Shown here piece after piece: positions 11,601-23,600 of a DNA stretch of 64,000 nucleotides. The stretch lies in NCBI GenBank assembly GCA_964035545.1, contig OZ037771.1, positions 8,301,408 to 8,365,407 on the forward strand. The letters are read 5' to 3'. Position 1 is the stretch's first letter. Every line of letters starts with the position of its first letter. The DNA comes from Bugula neritina. Taxonomy: Eukaryota; Animalia; Bryozoa. The notes below the pieces were generated by a model. It ran no database searches, was not told the origin of the DNA, and worked only from the letters and a program-made list of their open reading frames with translations. Made by a program: the position numbers and the translations under genes.

Positions 11601-14600
11601 TGCAGTGTATATCAATAAAGGCATTTCCAGACAAACTACTGCTTTAAAAACTGTCTGGTGTAATAAGCAACATGCTCTGTAGGTGTAGATCTCAATAGCT
11701 AGGAATCAATAGATGTGATTGACCAATGATGTCTAATTTTATTTTATAGATCAATTATTAACTGCCTGTCATTATAATATAATTAGAGTTTTGTAGGTGA
11801 GAGAGTAGAATTGGGTGTCAAAAAGGAACTCCAATATAGCAGTATTCCGCCATATTGGAGCTTCAATTCAGTGTTAAATGATTGCTAAGCCTTAGCTAGA
11901 AACAAATTAATAAAAAAATACTCTTGTATTTGATTGTTAAAGATTGAATATACATATGTTAGTTGTTTAGATAACAGAAAGGTTCTAGTACATTCACCAT
12001 ATGTACTATTCTACTACTAGACAGAGAGTAGCTGTGTTAAGGCTAAAAGTGAAAACTTTGATGTATTGAAGTGCTAAATATCCACATTTTAACCAAAATT
12101 CAAATGCATCAAAGTTTTCACCTCTGCAAGCAGACTAAAACCAAAATGCTGGCTACAGCTAAAGCTACAATAGAATAGGAGATGGTCTCACCACTTCAAT
12201 GGCCAGCTAGAAAGGCAATCAACACCAGCTGTATTTATCTATGTCATTATTTGCTCAACATTAGATGTAAAAGTATTAAACTTGACTCAAATAATAAACT
12301 GCAAGTAAATATGAAATTATATTCAGTCAAAACTTTAACATTTTCCTCAAACACCGTGCCACCACTAATTATGTTGCATACAAATGTTACATTCCCTAAC
12401 AAGGATATTTCAAGTACTCAACAAAAACAGTTTGTGCAACACGTGTTAGTTTGCATTTGAAGTGAGTCTTGGAGAAAAGTTGTGCTAGTTCACACAAATA
12501 TACTAATATACTTAATTTCTGAACCGCTCAGCCAACTAAAGTTTTCCTAGTTGAAAACCTGTGCTTAGCTAGACTTTACTGACTGCGAAAAATACTATAT
12601 CTCTGAGAGTTTACTAGTTCCCCAAACAACAACAACCAAAATAGCTGTAGTTCTTACAAAAATGTGTTCAAGTTTTATAGTTGGCCTGAATAAAAATTTG
12701 TGAATATTCTTCACCAATCAAAAGAAAGCAAGTCAAGTTTAGAAGTGCATGTTTCCAAATAAAAGTGCATACAATCAGGTTGATTAGATATGCAAACAGG
12801 ACACACTATTTTATTAAGACAGACTGAAAAGTAGCAACTTTACACAGTTACCTCTCCTGTTCGATTATTTGTAACCCAGGCACGCTTGTTCCTAGTTAGA
12901 GTAAGTTCGGTGTTGAGGTTAAACACCTTCGCAACCGGATTAGAGACTTGCTGCAATTCAATGTCAAGGTAAAAGGTGAGAGGTCGCTGTGCAGTGCACA
13001 CGGCGTCTGCAGAGTATGAAGTGTCAACAGGTACAACGCAAGGTATGAGTTTCACAATGTAGCTGCCAGTGTAGTCCTGTACCTGTGGAAACAAAGAGAA
13101 CACTACTGTAAACATTTCTTAATATGTTTGAACACATTTTTATTTGAATTATAAGTTGTCAATTGGTCTAAGATTCGATATCCTTAAATATATTATAATA
13201 ATTATAATCTAATTATTATTAAATTAAAAATTGCAAAACGTGTTTATGAATCGTCAAAAATAAACCTTATGCTAAGATACTAGAAGTACAGTACCATGTG
13301 TTTCAGTAGCTTTTTGGCAGCTTTCCAAAAACCATTGTGTAATGAAAGCTATTTGTGAAAGCTTTCGCGATAGCTATTTACTGACAGTTTTTGGTTGATG
13401 AGTCAGTGTAGCTCAGTTTTCCTCCTGCTAAAGATGCAGGCAATCTATACTTAATTGTCAAAATAATTGTGAGTATCAAGTATTATATTATCTTTTGTTT
13501 TGAACTTCATTAACTAAATGTTTTGTCAGCTATGTAATTAATGTTAAGTTAACAATATGTTTGTAATTTTCATGATTATAGGTTACAGTAAAGTAAAGTA
13601 AAGTAAAATACGAGTAAAGTATGAGTTCAAGTGTGAGTCTGAATTCAAATATACTGTTGGCAATAGACAAAAAATAGAGTTGTGGCCTGCATCTGTGTCC
13701 TCCATCCATTCACCCTTCATTAAGTGAATTACAATACATGGGCATCCGTGCCAAACAGCATCCGTGCTGACACAGTAACAATTATTCTGAAAGATAGTAG
13801 TCTACCCACTCAACATGGAGGACAAAGAGGAAATTGTCCAACTGAAGTTACAAAGATCGAAGTTGAAGACCAGGATAACTTCATTGAGCAAACAGCTAAG
13901 TACTAATTCCAACTCCAGTGACTTAGAACTTTTTCAGCAGCTATATAGACAGTTAAATGAAGCTTACTCAGAGTTTAATGACATTCACGCAAGTTATTGC
14001 GAACTAGTAGAGGCAGATGATAAATATGAAGAGTACAGAGTTGTCTCCTCTTTAGACTTGAATGCGTATTATGATGTAGTGAAACAAACATATGATGAAG
14101 CTGTTACTGCTTTTAATAGAGTTAAGTTAAAGCTAGTAGAATATGACATTGAGTTTGCATGTACCACTGCTAAGCAAATGCTACATGAGTCAAGTGACTG
14201 TGATATTTTAAATGAACATATTATTTTATGTAAAGAATTATCTAAGAAATATTTTGATATAGTTGGGCAAATTCATGTAGATTTAAGAAATGTAATATTG
14301 GAAATGCAAACCTCATTCCGAGCTCGTGTTAACATTTCACATTTACCTGTTAGTCGCAATAGTAGTTCAACTGTTTTGTCTGGCACCGATAACGGGCATG
14401 CGGCGCAGGATCGGCTGGGGCGAGGCGGTGTTCGCGATGTAGCCGGCGTTTCATTCGGTGGGGCTTTGCAACCTGAACAAACACCAACTGATGACAACTT
14501 GAATAAATATCCTGTAAATAAGGATGAGCAAGTAGATTATTCTTATCTAGCAAACAATAGCGCAAGCAAACTCCAGTCTCCGCGTTATGCAATTCCATCT

Positions 14601-17600
14601 AGAGATCTTACCAGCAAACGATTCTCCATTGTTTCAGCATATGCAGGGTACGAACCTCCACCCCTTAACCTTTCATTGAGTAAATCACAGCGCGAAAGTA
14701 ATGAGCCTGTTAATCGTGAACATGCTTGCAATTCTAAGTTTAAGAAGTACCCCCCACCTACATTTAGTGGCATACGCCGAGAATGGCCCGAATTTCGCAC
14801 AGTCTGGAGGCGTTACGCGGCTTTCGAGTTTCAAACAGAAGAGGAAAGAGCAGCAGCTCTTAGAAGCAGTCTCAGTGGTGCAGCATTCGACTGCATAAAA
14901 TCCATATATTCACACCAGCCTAATGCCTATGAGCGACAATGGGATAAGCTAGAGAGAAAGTACAGTGATGTGAGCTTGTGTGTGCAGAGTGTATATGATG
15001 AGTTGAGCAGGTTAAAACCAATATTGAGCGAGGACCACAGGGCGCTAGTTCAGTTTGTCGATGAGATAGAGCAATGCTACAGCCAACTTGCAGAAATTGG
15101 CCAAACGTCTGCCATTACAATGTCACATATTGACGAACTGGTTGATAAGCTACCGAATTCTATCAAAGAGCAATGGTGTGAGATATATGAAAGCTTGAGT
15201 GTTGAGTGCAAAGTTCACCCGTTGCCAAGTTTCATGGGATTCATGGAAGACCGCAGACGAACAGTATCACGGTTAGCTGAACGTCAGACATATATCAATG
15301 AAAACAAGACCTATGTGGTCAAACAGAATAAAAGTCATGCAAGAACATTGACTTTCCACACAAAATCTCAAAGCGATAGCCAAAATTGCTTAATTCATGT
15401 TCAAGCTAAGCATTCAACTGTGGAGTGTAAAGTATTTCATGGCATGTCAATGGATGATAGATTTAAGTTAGTGAAAACCAACAGAGCTTGTTTTAGATGT
15501 TTTGGTGCTCATAGAAGAAAAGATTGCAAATCGAAAAACAGCTGCAGTAATTGTAATGACAATTACCATCATTCATTGCTATGTAACAGACAGAAAGATC
15601 ATGCTAAAGTAGAAAATGCATGCCATAAAGCTGTGGGAAAAATTGTCAACAATCATCTGGTACAACCTACTGTAGAGGAAATTATTTTTCCGGTTCAAGA
15701 GGTTCCTGTGGAAGGGCTTAGTGCCACAGCACTACTCATGTATGACAGTGGTTCTAATTCATCATACATCAGTTTTGATGCAGCCCAGCGAGTACAAGCA
15801 AAGCCAGTGAAAAGTGATATTTCACTAAACATTGCAGTGTTAGGGGGCAAAGCTAAGAGTCTTAAAACGAAGCTATATGAAGTAAAGCTGATCAATCAGG
15901 AAGGTAAAACAGAAAGAGTGACTGCTTATGGCATTGACAACATAACAAGTCCTGTAAAATTACCAAACAACACTAAGATAGCCAAGATCTTCCCTGACAT
16001 CGACCTACGACTTTTGTACAGGAAGTCATCGACTGTTGACATCCTCATAGGGTTGGACAATGCGCACATAATGCCAGAAAGGACAGTGGTCAAGACAGAA
16101 CAAGGATTAAGGATTATGGAAAACACATTCGGAATTATGTTGCAGGGGCCGATGACCGATTCAATTCGATCCTCTTCAAGATGTAATGTGACACAAATTG
16201 AAGGCAGCGATCGGGTTTCTCATGGAGCTCGTAAGCTTCAAGTACAAAACAATGTTAATGCTCATGAGAACTTAGAAGTATTGAAAGAAATACTGCCTGA
16301 GTACTATCTACAAAGTTGCAGTGAGAGTGAGCCTGGAGACAGTAGTGAAGTTAGTCAGTCAGTGTCTGGCACAAGTTCCAGCCAACCACCTGAATCTCAG
16401 TTAGGTCTCTCGCAAATGAAACAAGAGGAAGGCGAAGGTGACGCTGAGCATCCAACAAATTTGTTGCTGCAGACTTTAGATAGTTTAGCAGATGAGCATG
16501 ACCTCCAGTCTGATGACAGCAACCAACCTGTCATCCCTTCCACAGTAGAAATAGACAAGTCCAACAAACCATTGAATTATGAAGAAAATACTGCTCAAAT
16601 GTTTACCTCTTTTTGGAAGTGCAAAAGTTTTCCGAAAGAACCAGAAGTAAAATTGAAAGAAATCACTCCTCAAGAGCCGCGCCAACAAAAAGTCTTCACA
16701 AATCCAGTGTATGATAAATCTCAAGCAAGTACTGCAAGACATTTTTACAAGGCTAAAATAGGAAAGATTCAAATTGCTACGGAAGGTAACGTGAATGAGT
16801 GGTGGTGGATTAAGAGCAATAGCAATTTAGCGGATTGGGTAAGCAGAAAGTTAAAAATCATTGTAGCGACGCCCAGTGATCATAGAGAAAGTTGGAAATG
16901 TAGTGGCAGTAGCAGACAATTTCAGTACAATACGAAACATTTAGAGTTGGCTCTAGGGTGGAGTTCATACAGGGTGCAAAGAGGCCTGGTGATTCATGCG
17001 GTGCAGAACCTGGCATTGCTCGTCTCGGTCGATTAGGTGCGCTTGTAGGTTCGTGTCGGTGCCAGACCAAACAATCATTTTACACTAAATTTAACAGTGA
17101 GGTTTGCAATATATCTGATAAGCCAAATAGTATTTTTGCTTACTGTTAAGTTTTTCACATTCCAATGTTATGTTTTTTGTTGCCGTTAATTTTTTTCTAC
17201 TGTTATTTTTTGATTAAATTAGAAATTTAATTTAATCAACCCCGCCCCTCCGGTGTTTCAGTAGCTTTTTGGCAGCTTTCCAAAAACCATTGTGTAATGA
17301 AAGCTATTTGTGAAAGCTTTCGCGATAGCTATTTACTGACAGTTTTTGGTTGATGAGTCAGTGTAGCTCAGTTTTCCTCCTGCTAAAGATGCAGGCAATC
17401 TATACTTAATTGTCAAAATAATTGTGAGTATCAAGTATTATATTATCTTTTGTTTTGAACTTCATTAACTAAATGTTTTGTCAGCTATGTAATTAATGTT
17501 AAGTTAACAATATGTTTGTAATTTTCATGATTATAGGTTACAGTAAAGTAAAGTAAAGTAAAATACGAGTAAAGTATGAGTTCAAGTGTGAGTCTGAATT

Positions 17601-20600
17601 CAAATATACTGTTGGCAATAGACAAAAAATAGAGTTGTGGCCTGCATCTGTGTCCTCCATCCATTCACCCTTCATTAAGTGAATTACAATACATGGGCAT
17701 CCGTGCCAAACAGCATCCGTGCTGACACACCATGTATGTTACAACTTTTTAGTGAAATTTAATAAAAGTGATGCAGCTGTAAAAGTATATAAATATGATT
17801 CCTTGTTTAAGTTAGAGAAGATATGAAATATTCAGTTAGTAGTCAAAGTCTTACAAAGGGTTATCTTAAGTGTTGCTTGTTGAACAAGTTTCAAAAAATG
17901 ACAAGAGCACATGACTCACAGCACTTTCAGAAACAAATTGCCATGTTTGTTTAGGATTGTCAAAAGTATTTTCTGATTGGATGAGTTGCAGTTGAAAAGT
18001 AAGCTGCAGATGGTCATGTGACGTGACGCTGGATTGAACTCCTCTTTCCTCCATGATAAATTGTCCGTAGAAGTTGGGCTGAGTCTGGAACTCAACAACC
18101 AGCTGACCATTCGTCTGGATTTTGACAGAATGTAGGAACAGTCTTCCAGATACGTCTGTGGAACTGTAAGTAGCAATGGAACAGTATTTATGTCTACACA
18201 GAGGCACTGTACTGGGATAATATAGTAAACAAGTCATGCCTTGAACATATGTGATTAGTAATCATTTGATACATAATAGTATTTTTTTCTCCATAGTCTA
18301 CGTGGTGTGGGTAACAATCGCACTCATTTACTATAGTCTCTCTTTAGTAAGTATTACACATGGTGAATCCATCTTAGCGTTAATAGCAGACAACCAATAT
18401 TTACCAAACAATAACAACACTTTGAACATGTGCAGTTTGTTAATATAAAAGCTTTCAAAACTTTGAAGAAAGGAGTTTTGGCCGATTATGACAATTCTCT
18501 GAACAATATCATGACATTATAAGAGCCACACATCAGATATAATTGTAAATTAAAAACATATAGAATGTGAGTCAAAGTATCCCAGCATGCAAATGAAAAC
18601 TATGCTCAATATTCTAGAATTAATGTAATAAATCTGACAGCTTGTTAGTTGTTTGGTCGCACCCAACAGATAGCAAAATTAAAATAAAACATTAGTTGAA
18701 ACAATATTTAATGATGCTATTAGCGTAAATTTTTGATATTTTTTATTGGAATACAATGAGGCATTGCAACATTAACAAGAAAAAAATGCCTCACTACTAT
18801 GGAGGCCATCATAAAGTTCTCAGTTTTCATTTTAGTGCATAAAACTTAAGAAATTAAAATAAATCTCTAAATGCATTGCGTTTACCTTGGAGCACCTTGA
18901 TCGGCTTGTATGTTGGATACACCATCCGTGAGAAGCATTGCTGTGTCATACACAAATGTGATTCGCTGATTGCTGACGAGGTCATAGTGCAACCAGCCAC
19001 CCGGCGCTGACGGAGAGTGGAAAACATACGACACGTAGATTGGTATGACTAATGAGAGGTAGGATTCTGTCAAGTCTGCATTCTACATTGAATAAAAATA
19101 TATTTGCAAACCAATTTTTCAGCTACAGTGATCTAATCAATGCTTTAGCATATAGACAGTCATTTACCTGGCCACTAGTCTCGACTACTGCTCCGCACAC
19201 ATTCACAAGTTCTGATATCTTGAAAAACCCGTGGAATTGCCACATGCAATTCTCAAGGTCAAGGTTGCTGTAGAATCCAACAGATTTGTCTTCCCTTAGT
19301 TCTCTGTCATACTGGTATGGAAACAATGGCTCATCAGCTTTTTTGTTTTCTCTCCATCCAACACTTAGACTATTTTCTGCTCCCCACACTAGATTTGAGC
19401 ACCTGCAGTAGTTATGTAATAGTAGCTTAATGCAAATTTAATTATAAAAATAACATTTTAATAATATAAAAATTATAAGTAAAAATAATAGTAGTTTAAG
19501 TATGAGCCATGGTTGATTTACAATAAAATTTGATTGCAATCTATTTAAATGCAATTTGTAAAATGAAAACTTTACTGTGACAATAAAGTATTTTACTGTA
19601 GTGACATTTTGAATAGCAGCACCTGATTTTGCTGACAAAGTTAGAAGAGAGTTAATACCCGCTACCCAAACAGGACAAATCGGAGATAGGTGAGAATACG
19701 TGAGAATTAGAAGAGAGTTAACATACATACTAAATGATAGACAGACATACAGAAATATGAAAAGAATAGCAACCTGTGAAGACCAACTCTGGATGCAGAG
19801 GGTGACAACATATACTCAAAGTTTGTCAACTTCTCTGTAGATATTGTTGGCAACATGCCATCTCTGTGAGGTATGGACACCGACAGCTTGAGATAGTTTG
19901 TGTATCTCTTGTGTTCTTTGCCTTCAAAAATAGGAGTAGCTATCATCAGTCAAAAGGTTTAATATGCAAGCTTAACAAGACTGCATGCAAACAACACAAA
20001 TGACTTTAATATATGTTTACAAATAATACCACTATTACATCTTTATAGCAAACTCTAGTATAAAATGAGCATGCAGGTAAGAAAAGTTGTTAAATTATTT
20101 TTAAAAAATATTTATTAGTTTGCACTCCAAGTCTCTAAGAACATTACTCAAGTATTTAAAAGCATGACTCAAGTATTTAAGAGCCTTACCCAAGTACTTG
20201 ACTTTAGCAAGATACGGCTCATCACCAGAGAAACCAGGACGACGAGGTTTGCATATGCCTTCAGTAGAGCTGATAGTTACAATGTTGCTCTCTCTTTCTA
20301 AACCTTGGTACAGCGAGTTACTGCAAGCTGTGGCAACGCACTGTACTCGAGACCCTGTATGACAGAAGAAATGTGGTATACCACTCACAGCAACCATAGT
20401 ACTAAAGCTTGTCTTAGAGAATACATTAGTAGATATTAGTTGTCAATGTTTAATCATTGACATAAACTAAATTTTAAAGACTCTTAAAATTCACTTCAAC
20501 AATTCACTAGACAGCAGCTCTAACTATGGAGACAATCATTTAAGTGCAGTGGGAGAAACATTTAGTTTTCTCACTAAATTTTAGCTTGGGGCGCAAGCTG

Positions 20601-23600
20601 AAATTCTTGTGAAAAAACAACTTATTTTGCTACATTTCTTACTTAGAACACAAGTTTTTCTCTATGACAGCGCCTACCATGGCAGTATGAGTTTTATGAA
20701 ACATGACATTTTTATTAGCTTATATTTCGATCAGAGAACAAATTGAGTGTTTGCACATTTCATCTTTGGTTTTGAATTAAAACTTCTAATAAGTAAAGTA
20801 CTTAAAATAACCTTGCGGCTACTTTATGCACTATATCTGTAGAGTTGAGACAAACCTGGTCCGAAGTATATACTCTCCAGGGTTTGCACTTGAGTTGTTG
20901 CTATAAAGCTGTCACTAGATGCCGTCTGAAGATCCATGGTCACCCCATTCCTTCCTACGGGTGCTCCAACCTTCCATCTGTATGTGGTAAAGGAGTTGTC
21001 TATACCCTCATTGTCACATATGACTTTAGTACGGCTGTACTCGGGGTGTCTCGGGTCACAGGGCTGTAAAGATATTAATAGCACCAAGTGGCAGATTATA
21101 TATACTCTAAAGTCTAGAGTATATTAAAAAGCAGCAGAAAAATAATTTTTGCTAAAAATCAGCTTGTTAAAAGCAAAAATATATTAGGAGAAAGTTTAAA
21201 ATACCAACATTTTCCTCTGTAAGTATATAAGTTGACAATTTTTTTCCAAATAATATGATCAAATTTACACAAGTATAACTTACATATCTGTAATACTACA
21301 AATTAAAAGTTATGACATTGTAATATTGTGTAGTATGTAAGCTTACCGTGACACAAATCAATGGGTAGCCATTGACGTATGTGCTAGCTTTGCCAGCATT
21401 GTCGTAATCCTTGAGTGAAACAACTACCGGGTCGATGGGGAATATAAGCCCAGTGACACTCCCCTCATCCGTGATGTAGACTGAGCACCTGCTGGCATCA
21501 AGGGAGGCAACTCCATTTGAGTCGGAGGAGAGCAGCACCTGGAATATATCAGGAAGAGTTGTAGAAGGATATACTAGCTGTTGTAGACTCAGGCCAGCAG
21601 GTCAATTGTGAGTTATAGAACTTGAAGAAAGCATAGCTATGTTGAGTTTGAATGGTGCTAAGAACTAATTCAATTCTATATCATGAATGATTTTTTACTC
21701 ACAAAGAAGTTCTTGCGCAGTTCCGGCTCTCCGTCATACAAGATGGTAACTTCCACTACGCGTTCATTGACACCCGGCCCAAACTCCAACTCTGTAACAG
21801 TAGAAATATGTCGTGAGAGTTGGTTCGTAGTTTTCACATAGAACGATGTAATACACACGGAAAATCCAGCTGATTACCTCGTGTCAAGTCAATATAGTCT
21901 ACTCCATTAGTCGCGGATCCTTCTTTAGTATAAACAGTGACTATCGAAACTCTACTAAGGTCTCCCTGTCTTTCAATTACAATTCTAGCAGTGCTTGCGC
22001 TTGTGTTTGACGATGGCTCAGATGTATAGACATGAGTGTCAGCAAAACCTATCACAGGTTCTATACAAAAGAATAAACAAGAATACAATGACAAAATACA
22101 ATATGAGAGTTAGACAACTTTGCAAAGAGTAATTTACTACAGGGTGTTGGTTGAAACTAATATCTGTATCTCTCAGATTACATGTATGCAGTTGTTTTAC
22201 TTTTGACTAGGTTTAGCATGGTATCACAAAATAACAAAATAAAATTACTAAGCTTCAAACATAACATATCATAGCGAAACCTACCTTTTACTACTTAATT
22301 ATTGGCAGTAAAGTCAGATTAAGTGACAATAAATTTGGCAACTGTTCTTAAAAACTAAACAATTGACATAATTATCTACACAATACATACTATCTTCATC
22401 ATCTGTGATAGTAACTATAGCAGTTTTTACTTCATCCTCCACATCACCAGTCAGTATCATCAATTTGAAAGTCTCGTCTCCTTCATAAATGCTGTCATTA
22501 ATTATTGTCAGGTCAAACGACGTTTCCCGTTCACCTGTTCAATAGAAATTATAATTTTTTAAACTAAAAAATTCTAATACACACCCCATTATGATATCAG
22601 TTTCTAACTATTTTGCTCTTGATAGTTTAGTAAATAGCGCTAAAACATTACTGAAAAAACTTTATACTGTCCAACTGGCACCAGAAAATTACTTTTATAT
22701 TATATTTATAAATTTCTTTTTATTCTTGAAACAATATAAATGTCGCTTTTTAAATTTAGGCCAGCAGTATATCACTTTCTAGAACTGAGGCATGCATGAC
22801 ATCAGTATGAGTCATTTATTCTACCTGGCTGAAAAGTCACAGCTGAGAGAGCTGAGCCACTTCTCCTCGCAATGAAGTCTACATCCTGACTAGCGGTTAT
22901 TGTGGTGGAGACGCACTGAATTGTACTGGTAGTGCTGACATCGCCGTATCTACCCACTGTCACAGTGAGGGTGCCGTTAGACTCGCTGACTTCATATCGA
23001 CTCGCAGTGAATGCAAACTTGGGGATATCAATCTCGTCTTCTATAGCTATCGTGGTGTGGCTAGGGTTGGCTATAATCATATACTAGTGATATAGAGAAA
23101 TGAAATACATAGGCAACACATTGTGTTAATACCATACTATACATGTCACGGGCATATCATTACACATAATGATATGTCAGTAACACACAAGCTATGCATT
23201 TAGGAGCAGTGGCGGAGAAATTGAGATAGCCTAAGTTCTCTAATTTGATACTTTTACGAGGACATAACTTCTTATGCTACATTTCTAATCTATAACAAAG
23301 GCTTTTCTAAATTCTTCCATCACTGCACCTACCTCAAGCTATGCTTGTTTATGACTTGCAAATCAATTTCTCAAATTATGTAAAGCTTTTGTTGCAACAA
23401 TCTGTAGGTTATATATAGGCTGGTACAGACCAACACACATGTTGTTTTGTTGTCATTAGTTTCCACAGGGCCAACACCCAGGTACATGAATATTACACAC
23501 ATTACCAGACTTACCAACAAGGGCATTGTCAGGCAGACTGAGGAGCAGCTGAAAAGTCTCTCTCCCTTCCACCATCGGCATACTTCTATCATCGAGGATA

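Larger units (their letters stand above)
13299..17729 (+). mobile_element. Bel/Pao LTR retrotransposon, non-autonomous (Gag-protease only), recent insertion in FREM2 intron 42
   Basis: Two 476-bp TG...CA LTRs with no difference found by eye; 5-bp TSD CCATG at 13294-13298 and 17730-17734; internal Gag-PR ORF. Confidence 0.95.

Noticed and set aside
14273-17149. Short antisense and alternate-frame ORFs inside the retroelement
   Set aside because: Shadows of the long ORF, with no RT, integrase or env motifs in the translations provided.
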